This document shows positions 10,440-19,222 of a stretch of 64,000 nucleotides of DNA, piece by piece. The stretch covers positions 1 to 64,000 of the forward strand of contig DF237273.1 of the NCBI GenBank assembly GCA_000708835.1, in the 5' to 3' direction. The position numbers were made by a program, and so were the translations under genes. Position 1 is the first letter of the stretch. The number at the start of each line of letters is the position of its first letter. Source of the stretch: Klebsormidium nitens (Eukaryota > Plantae > Klebsormidiophyceae). The notes under the pieces were generated by a model, which ran no database searches, had not been told where the DNA came from, and saw only the letters and a program-made list of their open reading frames with translations.

Positions 10440-11235
10440 TGCCGACCAGTCAAAACTTGCCTCCATAATATAAGCATATCAACTTCGAAAGGGACAATTT
10501 TTGACTCGCAGCGAAGGCCATCTTCGAAGCATTGTGAGTAATGGCGCCGACCACTCAAAAGTTGCCTCGGAGTGTAAGCTTATGAGCTTTCAAAGGCTTA
10601 ACTTTTGACTCGCATGCAAATACGGCCATTCCACTACCAACGTGAGAAACGTTGTAAGTGATGGCGCCGACCAGTCAAAAGTTGCCTCGTAGTATAAGCA
10701 TGTGAGCATTCAAAGGCTTAACTTTTGACTCGCATGCACGTACGGCCATCTCGCCCATGACCTTTGTTATACGTTGTAAGTGATGGCGCTGACCGGTCAA
10801 AACCCGCCTCGTAGTATAAGCATGTGAGCATTCAAAGGCTTAACTTTTGACTCGCATGCACGTATGGCCAGTCCACCCACAAGCTTTGGAAACATTGTAA
10901 GTGATGGCGCGGGCAGTCAAAAGTTGCCTCGTAGTATAAGCATGTGCGCATTTTAAAGGCTGAAGTTTTGACTTGCATGCACGTACGGCCATCTTGCTCA
11001 TGATCTTTGACATACTATACGGTGTAAGTGATGGCGCGGACCAGTCAAAATCTGCCTCGTAGTATAAGCATGTGAGCATTCAAAGGCTGAAGTTTTGACT
11101 TGCATGCACGTAAGACCATTCGATGAAATCAAGATATCTTTAACAATGGTTGAAGTCATAGCGCCGGGAGTCAAGATCTGCTTCGCAGTATACTGAGGCA
11201 TACCAGCCTCCAATGGTACAGCTTTTGACTCTGTC
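10440..11235 (-). repeat. Array 2 of the ~120-bp repeat family (7 units; ~97-bp near-identical repeat plus 22-29-nt variable spacers)
   Basis: Arms at about 10448, 10553, 10673, 10795, 10915, 11043 and 11169; reverse orientation relative to array 1. Confidence 0.95.
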
Positions 11236-11959
11236 ACTACGCAAGACAGAATTCATGCTGAAGTCGATGATCAAAGTGACTCGCAAAACAAGGACGCCAA
11301 TTCTGCCCTCATAATGAATAACATTAAGAATTTTTGAGAGCTTTTGCGACAACTCTACTTGTTCTGGCCACCATCAGTAGCTACTCCTACGGCCGTATAA
11401 CACAACCCTCTACCGGTAGTGTCGCCTCGTACTCATCAAGCCGACCGTACTTCTCTCGCACTTCCTGCCATAGCAACGGCTTGAAGAGGTGAGGCCGGCC
11501 AGCTACAAACTTCCCGTTCGACTTCTTCGGAGCGACGTGGTTGAGCCCGAGGCCTACGTGGAGAACCTTCTTGATGGCGTTGCGCTTCATCGTCGCCGTC
11601 AGACTCTCAGCCGTCTGGTCCATCCCGTAAAAGTCGCGAACGAAGCTGAGCCGTTCAGGCGTTGGCCCGAGCATCGTGTCGTGAATCGCTTGCAATGCAT
11701 CCTCCTCGACCGCAAACCCGTCCTCTTTGCACCTTTCCACCTCCCCCGGCTGGCAGCCCAACAATTCTGCTGAAAGCATCACCGCAAAGGGAATCCGACG
11801 CGACATGTCGCCCCTGGCAGCGACGTACTCCTTCGTGACGCCCTCCATGTCCCCTTCCCTCAGGGCTCTCGTGAAGTCGTCCATGATGTCGGAGAAAGGG
11901 GTCGTTTGGAACCTGTCCAGGAGAGCCTTTGCAGAGTCATTAACTCCATACATCTTATG

Positions 11960-12055
11960 CCTTATGCAAGAGACACTTCTTTTTAAGGCAGGGAGAAGGC
12001 AGGGCAATGCAAGAGACACTTCTTTTCAAGCAGGGAGAAGGCAGGGCAAAGCTGA
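11960..12055. repeat. Short tandem duplication (AGAGACACTTCTTTT..GCAGGGAGAAGGCAGGGCAA x2) in a predicted intron
   Basis: Two ~42-bp copies visible directly. Confidence 0.85.
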
Positions 12056-13389
12056 AGCAAGAACGACGTGCAAAGAGGCAATGCCCAGAAGCAACGATTG
12101 TTTGGAGCAAGGAGACGATCTCGCATTTGATTCGATAGAAGAAAGAACAGAGCAAAGCATAACCGAATCATCTAAGCTGATCAACCTAGCCGCAACTTGC
12201 TTGGATCTTCATAGTGTTTCCCGCTGACCTGATGTAGTTCTGGAACGGGACGAGCTCCTTTCCGCAGTGCACCACCTCGTAATTGTGGTCGACTCGACGG
12301 GGATCGACCTTGTGCACATTGCGGATGCACTCGTAGATGTGTCTCTGCCGCACCTCCACCTCGTCCAGGGTGTCAATTTCATCCTTCTCAAGGAGTTTGC
12401 GGTACGCCTCGTCATCGACCACATACCTGGCCCGCCAAACATCGTCGGCGAGGTCCTTGTCATCGTCGTTGCCAACTCTGCGCACCTGAACAGAGGGGGC
12501 TTCGTCGTCCAGATATACCTCATGGACGACGAAGCCCTGCTTGATGAGGTCAGCGCGCAAAAGCTCTCCGTAGTTCCGGAAGCTGTTGGCGACCGTGAGG
12601 ATGTTGTTCGCGTACAGGACGCAGCCGGGGGAGTTCCTGTCGCAGACCGGCCGCGTTCCCGAGGGGGCCAGCAGGAAGTCGAGATGCTCGGTGCTGCCAA
12701 GCAGCTTGGCGAGCTCGCGATCTTCGTCTTCGATCGCGCAGAAAACGTCTTCCACGGTCGAGGGAAGCGACTGGGGGCCCGCGCCTTCCTTCACATAGAT
12801 CGTGAAGTTGGTGACAGTGCGATCGCGGAAGAGCTGCTGGAGGAACGTCTCGACGGTTGGCCCCCGCTCGAAGCTGTTCATGGCGAAAGCAATGAGCTTG
12901 TCAAAGTGGGGCCGCTCTCACGAGATGCCGGGGCCGATCACGGGCGAGGAGGCGCACAGGTCTGCCGTCATGTGAGTGTCGGGATCGGTAACCGCCAGCT
13001 CGAGAGCGTCTTTTGCCGCTTTTGTCGTCGGTTTGGAGTAGAAGAACTTTCCCGACTTGGCAGTCCGGCCGTCGCTCGGGAAGCGCTGCTTGAAGGCTTC
13101 CTCGAGCTTCAGGACGTACGTCTTGCTAGACGAGGGCGCCTGCAAGGAGAAAAAGTGATGCCCCATTGGAACCAAAGTTGCGACCAGATTCTGAAACTTC
13201 TACAACGCAGTTCGAAGTAGAGGGGTAAGGCTCGAGTGTGATCGGAACGTGTAAAAGTGGAGCGCCCAAGAGTGCAGATGTATGTAACCTGCGTGTTTTC
13301 AATATTATTTGCTGACCACGGATCTCTCGGGTCAGTCTGTTATGAATCTCGTAATAACTAAGTTGACAGTCCTCACGTTCATTTTCTGA

Positions 13390-14100
13390 GAGCGTGATTC
13401 AAACTTGGGTCGGGGCGACAAGAAATTTCTCCTGCTGACGCAGCAGTCTATGGTTGATCCATTAGAAAAAGGATCGCGTGCTGCCACGTCAGCGGATTCT
13501 ACCTCTTGAAGTTAGGGTGGCCGGGAAGAGCAGGGCAGTCTTGACGTTTGTGTTTTGAAAGCTTAAAGCAGATTCCGGTTGGGGCGACAAGAGATCTCCT
13601 TGCTTACACGACAATTTGAAACTGATTCCGTGCAGAAAGGAAACAGGCGGTGCCACGTCAGCTGACTCCAATTCTCGTTGATCTGGCCTGGAAGGGCAAG
13701 GCAGTCTTAACGTCCCATTCCACAGGCTGATCGATTCCAAAAAGATTCAATTGCTGCCACGTCAGGAGACTACAATCGAACTTCGATTCTAGCCCAGAAG
13801 ACTCCGGGGAAGGTTTAACGTATATGTTGAAGAGCTTGCAGGATAAACACGGTGAAAAGAAGCACGCCCGGACCAAAACGCCACGTCACCAAACTCCAGG
13901 TCATCTCTTATTCCGGTCGGGAAGCACTGAACAGATACGACGTTCCTTTTTGGAGCTTGACACAGATTTGGGTCGGGGTTTCAGAGCTTTCCTTCTGCTA
14001 ATGCGTCAGCTCAAGCAATTCGCCCGCCGTTTCAAGATAAGCAGAAAAAACGAAAAGAAGAGATCACCACGGACCAAGCACCGGCTGCCACGTCAAAGAC
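13390..14100. repeat. Degenerate intronic repeats carrying five co-oriented GCCACGTCA motifs
   Basis: GCCACGTCA at 13483, 13652, 13756, 13880 and 14087. The first two lie in ~169-bp related units that also share GGGGCGACAAGA and GGCAGTCTT.ACGT. Confidence 0.8.
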
Positions 14101-15014
14101 TTTGATTTCGTTCAAGGTCTGTACGCGAGCTACCAAACACGACGTTCGTTCCTGAAGCTTCAAAGTTGCGTCCAGGTGTGAAAGGGTTTTCTTACTGACG
14201 AACTCACTATGACGTGCTCGCCTCTCTGCAGGGACTCCATCGTCTCAGCAATGGCCGGGCCGTAGGGGTCCTTTTGGAACCGCTTGGTCGCCGGGATGTA
14301 CTTGATCGTGGCCTTCCGTTCACCCGGGTACACCCCGCGGTTGCGGATCGTGTGCAAGGCAGCTTCTGGCCGGACCATGTGCAGCCACTGCATGACCCGG
14401 GGGCTGCCGATGTTGGCGTCCATCCCGAGCACAATCTTGGCATGCCGCGTCACCCCTTCCAGCGCCAGAAAGACCATCTTCTTTCGGGCCATGACGTCCG
14501 AGTTCATGTTGGACAGGATCATGTCCATCTCGTCCATGATGACCACGTCAAAGCTGGCGGCCAGCCTGGGGAGGGAGTTTACGCAGACAACGACCCTGCC
14601 GTCGTCAATCCTTCCAGTCACATCGAGGTAGAGCGTCGCCTCGATGCCGCGCCGCGTCAGATCCTCCGCATATTTCCTGGCGAGTGTGACGTTTGCTGCG
14701 ACCATGACGAAGTTTGCAAACGGAAATCTTTGCAGCAGCCTCTCTAGCCAGTCGTTCCCCTCCTTCGATTTGCCAATGCCCTTGTTGGCCGACGTCAGGA
14801 TCGTTTTCCTGGCAGGGGAGTTGATGGAGAAGGGCGGATAGGGGCGCATGCCGTCCACCTTGACGTAGTCCTCCGTCCAGCCCGTGATTTGCCCCGTCTC
14901 CAAATGGAGCAGACGTGCGATTCCGCTGCAGAACGAGAGGGCACACGACACCTTATTTACAACTCTTTATGATCCAACGACCGTTCTAGCTCGAAGAAGA
15001 GGGATTCATAAACG

Positions 15015-15470
15015 GAAGGGATGGCCGGGCTTGGCTACAAGTCAAAAGTTCCGTCGTGAATACCTGGAATGCTTATACTCACAAGGGAGGTTTTGACTGG
15101 TTGACACTGTTAGTCGCAAAGGATAATCAAAGACGGAGTGGCGGGGCTTGGCTGTGAGTCAAAAAATCCGCCGTGGAAAGCTGCAATGATTATACTATGA
15201 GGGCAGGTTTTGACTGGTCGACGCCATTAGTCACAAAGTTTCACGAACAACAAGGGATTGGCCGAGCTTGACTACGAGTCAAAAGTTCCCCCGTGGAGAG
15301 CTGCAATGCTTATACTCTGAGAGGAAGTTTTGACTGGTCGGCATGTTGATCACAGAGGCTAGTCCCGAGACGAAAGGAATGGCCGGACTTAGGCTTCGAG
15401 TCGAAAGTTTAGCCGTCAGAAGCTGCTACCCTTATATCATGAGGGCAAGGCTTGACTGATTGACACACAA
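15015..15470 (+). repeat. Array 3 of the ~120-bp repeat family (4 units) inside intron 14926-15680
   Basis: Arms at about 15040, 15157, 15277 and 15399; antisense to the host primase-helicase transcript. Confidence 0.95.
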
Positions 15471-18293
15471 GTGGCGAACAGATCCTACATTCGACCCTGA
15501 GGTATCTTGCATCATCTCACGACGCTAGTGACGGAAGCTGATTTGAAAGCATAAACTACGGCGACTCGGTTCCGATCTCGACCTTCCAGCCTGGGGCCTC
15601 CGAAAACGTACTTCATGGGACCGTTGCTCGGAAGGTGGGAAATCAAATCAAAGTGATTCCCGTTGCCCGTGATGGCTCACCTGCAGGTGGCGGAGTGGCA
15701 CTTGTAGAATGCCACCCCCGGCCGGGACCGGCGGTAGAGCAGGTACGTGTTGTTGTTGCCCGGGGACGTGTGCGGACGGCCAGCGAGGAGACATGTGGGC
15801 TCCGGCACGTCGAAGTGGACCGTGAAGACCCCCGAGCCGACGACGTGAACGCGCGCGAGCGTAGCGCCGGGGTGCTCCTGCTGATAGTACTCCACCAGCA
15901 CGCGCTGCTCCTGCTCGCCCAGGTCCGCCCGATTCTGCCCGCCATCTTCCGGGAGGCCCGCATCTCTCACGCGCATCGTGGGGCGCTGCGGCCGCGACAA
16001 CGTGGGGGCGTGCTGCTGGAGGTACGCCTCGAGGCGCGCCGCGTCTAGCTGGGCGCAGCACTGCAGCTCCGCAGCCGAATAAAGCCCCGCGAGGTGGTCC
16101 ACGATGAGCTCCGAGCTGCCCTCGCTCGGCTCGAGGACGCGGTCGCTCCCCTTTTTGCTCGACCACAGCATACGCCAATTCTGGAACTTGGAGTAGACCG
16201 TGCCGTCCCAGATCAGCTTCGGGCGGCCCCGCTGATCCTCCGTCCAGACGAACTCGGCGCTGCGCGCCAGATGGGGGGGCGGGTTCTTCTGGAAGTGGTC
16301 GAACGCTTTTGCAAACAGGCTCCGCGCTCGGCTATCCTCCAGGTAAAACCCCTTGAGCACCCCGTGGACGCTGTACCTGAACCCCCCCGCGACTGCCCCA
16401 TGCGCCGTGCTCTCCTCGAACCGGACCGCCTCTCCCAACACTCCCAGAACCGCCTCCAGAAACCCATCCCTCAGCCGCTCAAAGTGCTGCTTCCGCTCAG
16501 CAAAATCTGCATCCCGCGCCCCGACCGCCTCCTCGGAGTCGCCCGCGCACACGCTCAAAGGCACGTAGTAGTCCAGGCCGAAGTAGAGCAGCGAAGGTGT
16601 CTCTTCGAGCAGACACTCGTACCGGTGCTTCCTCTGGCCCCTGAGGCGTGCGCAGTAAGCCAGCAGCGCAGGGACGTCCGGGAAGCTGGTGAACATCTTC
16701 GCAGCGGAATCTCGCGCGGAGTCAGCGGCGACGACGATGCCGTGGCCGTGGAGGGTCTTCCAAGCCACGGCGAGATCCTTGGGGCCCCGGCCGGTCGGAC
16801 TCTCCTTGCTCTTGAACCACTGCTGACCGTAGACCGCCGTCGTGTGCCTCTGCAGAGTTGGACAAATGCCATCAGGAAAATGTGCGGCTGATCGTGCGAC
16901 TGATAGAGCTTCGGCTTTCAAGTGTGGTCCTCAAGCTCAGTGAGCCCGTGCAGAGTTGCAACGACAGATCTAAGTCAAACTCTCGGACTCAGATTGTCAA
17001 CCAGGGGAGCGATAGTCGTCCGAAAGCAGGGATGGTATGCACAAGTGCTGCAAGAGAGACCCGTGTCTGCCCGTGCTTAATCCTCAGGCAGCGAGGTATT
17101 TCTCGGAGGAAATGAAGCATCTCCTTTCTATGCCGCTTTCATTTAGTGTTCTCGCAGCCGAGAAAAGGTCGATGTACACCAAACTCGAGTGCTCAAAAGA
17201 CCATGTGGCCGCTTTAGACCAAAGGTAGATTACCGATTCGAAGTCGCGCACGCTCTCACCAGCAGACTGCCAACGGAGTCTTGATCTCTGGTTGGAGCTA
17301 GCTCGGTCGTATCCTGCCTGGCCTCCAACCCCATTTCCTGCACGCAAACGCAGACCTTTATGAGCACGTGCGCAAAAGACGGACCTGGAGATCCTCTCGT
17401 CCGCGGCGTCGAAACTAGACAACGCCCAGCAGTACAAGCGTGCAACTTTCCGATTGCGGACGATGTGATGCAAAAGCAAGGGCGGCCATCACACCTGGCA
17501 GCGCGCTGACCAGCAGCCAGGCTGATCTTGATTTCATCTGGCATGCTTGCCGAATTTAACGACCAGATCCGATCGGTCTGGTCGACATTTGGACGAACAG
17601 CGCGACTTCTTGTCGCACGCAAGACCTTTGGAATAGCTTCCAACATCATTCAGTAAGAGTGATCCTCTCTGAGAGTTGGGACATGAAATCCGGATGCTTA
17701 CCTGTACAATCGGAGCCCCGCCCACAGGATGATGCTCGGCAAGCTCCCCGGCGGGAGGCTCCGGGTTCTCCTCGGGCGCATCCTGACAATAGACTCTTGC
17801 CGCGTGAAGTTCCTGGGCACATGCACATGATGACATGATTGAAAGAGTGGAGCCTGCAAAAACCCTAATCATGAAGATATTGTTTGTGAACCAACTTTCA
17901 GAAGAGGAGAAGCGGGCGCGCGCCTCCGCGAATCGCGCTCCAGAGGCCCGGCACTTCCTACTAGACATGAGAACCGGGTTCTGAAGTGCTCGAGTTGAAC
18001 CAGAGGTGTTGCTTCTCACCCCTCACTGATTGCACACACGCAGCTGGCACCGGACTTCTCTTTCGAAGGCAATATTACACGTGTGGCAGCGCCCGAGTTG
18101 TAATGCAGCTTACCGTTTCGCACGGGCTTCCGGTCCTCTAGAACCGGAGGGCGCTGGGGAGCTCTCCCTGCTCGAGGAGGCCCTTTTTCTGTCCGCGACC
18201 TCCTGCACACAAGAACCAGGCGCTCGCTCGATTCAAGAAGGGTGTCACACAGGCTTAGGGGGAACGCTTTGGCACTCCAAGGGCATCGGAATC

Positions 18294-18756
18294 ATGGGCT
18301 ACGACACCAGATCATGGCCGCTTCGCCTTTTCTCGCTCTCTGACCGCCGAAGAGTGCGCGATTTTGGAAGCAGTGCACGACCACCGCCACGAGGACGACC
18401 TGGAGCTACCTTATGCGGCTAACGAGGAGCGCCCGGTCACCATCGAGCGAGAGGTGATCAAGCCCTTGTACGTGGGCGAGGGCTTCGACTACCTCACGAG
18501 AAAGTACCCCTCCTTCTATTGCCAGTGGACGGTCTCACCCAACAAGCGCGCTCTACTTTGGGACAAGGGGGAGAAGTTTTACAGTTATGTGGGCTGGCTC
18601 GAGTACCTCATCTCCCACATTTTTGAGGTATGGGGGTTACAGCTCAGCGGGACCATCACATGGAAGGGGACGAATCGGGGCGACAGGGGTTCGATCACGG
18701 TCGAGGGCAACAAGATCATGGTCAAGATGCCTCTGGCCCGAGTGGACTCACCGTAG
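18294..18756 (+). pseudogene. Phage/giant-virus-type small conserved protein with an early frameshift
   Basis: MGYDTR-(frameshift at ~18312)-HGRFAFSRSLT...YCQWTV...WDKGEKFYSYVGWLEYLISHIF..WGLQLSGTITWKG..RGDRGSITVEGN resembles a family I recall from phages and nucleocytoviruses (MGY.T.F.G.F, WDGGEKFY.Y..WL.YLI); not searched. Confidence 0.65.
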
Positions 18757-18894
18757 GTGCCGGCTCTGTAGCACCGGGATGGGGGCCGCTCGCAGGATGC
18801 GGGTCGCTGCTGGCGGGGCCCGGGTCCTGCAAGTGCGCAAGGGACTTTGTGAAGAGCCATCAATCGGGACGCTCTAAATGAAGCAGCGTTCATT

Positions 18895-19215
18895 CTCGCC
18901 GCCAGCAGTCAAAAGTTCCTCTCAGTATAAGCACGCTCTTCGTAAACAGGCCCCGAGTTTTGACTCCGAGATGAGGTCAACCATCCTTGTTTGAGAAGCT
19001 TGCGATTGATGGCGCCGCCCGGCAGTCAAAAGTTCCTTTCACAATAAGCACGTTTATTGCACAAGGCCCAAGGTTTTTGACTCTGACATGAGACCGCCAG
19101 ACTATCCCACTCAAGCGTTTGAACAAAAGCGCAGGTCAGTCAAAACTTGCCTCTCAGTCTAAGCATATCAGCTTTCAGTGGCGCACCTTTTGACTTGCAG
19201 GCAAGTCCGTCCATC
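18895..19215 (-). repeat. Array 4 of the ~120-bp repeat family (3 units)
   Basis: Arms at about 18907, 19024 and 19138. Confidence 0.92.
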
Positions 19216-19222
19216 CTGTCCA

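Larger units (their letters stand above)
11387..16849 (-). pseudogene. Spliced PrimPol-type AEP primase + UL52-like Zn finger + UL9/origin-binding SF2 helicase fusion (at least 4 exons, one in-frame TGA)
   Basis: Exons 16849-15681, 14925-14208, 13139-12229 and 11912-11387 have GT-AG borders and join in frame (3324 nt). Motifs: YECL..LYFGLD, YSVHGV, WDGTVYSKFQNWRMLWSSK, C..GRPH..NN..YKCHSATC; ANKGIGKS, IMDEMD, MDAN, SPVIGPGIS*ERPHFD, QQLFRDR. TGA at 12918-12920. Confidence 0.8.

Noticed and set aside
10440-11235. Bona fide CRISPR array
   Set aside because: The repeats are ~97 bp (too long), the spacers are related in alternation, there are no cas genes, and the context is eukaryotic. Kept only as a CRISPR-like architecture finding.
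14190-14195. Alternative donor GTAAGA for replicase intron 2
   Set aside because: It is also in frame, but the upstream GTGAGT at 14207 gives GEHVIAPSSSK, which fits the helicase motif better. Unresolved without cDNA.
12267-16891. Long plus-strand ORFs 12267-13220, 14214-14747, 15635-16048 and 16094-16891
   Set aside because: These are antisense shadows of GC-rich minus-strand exons whose products carry recognisable motifs.
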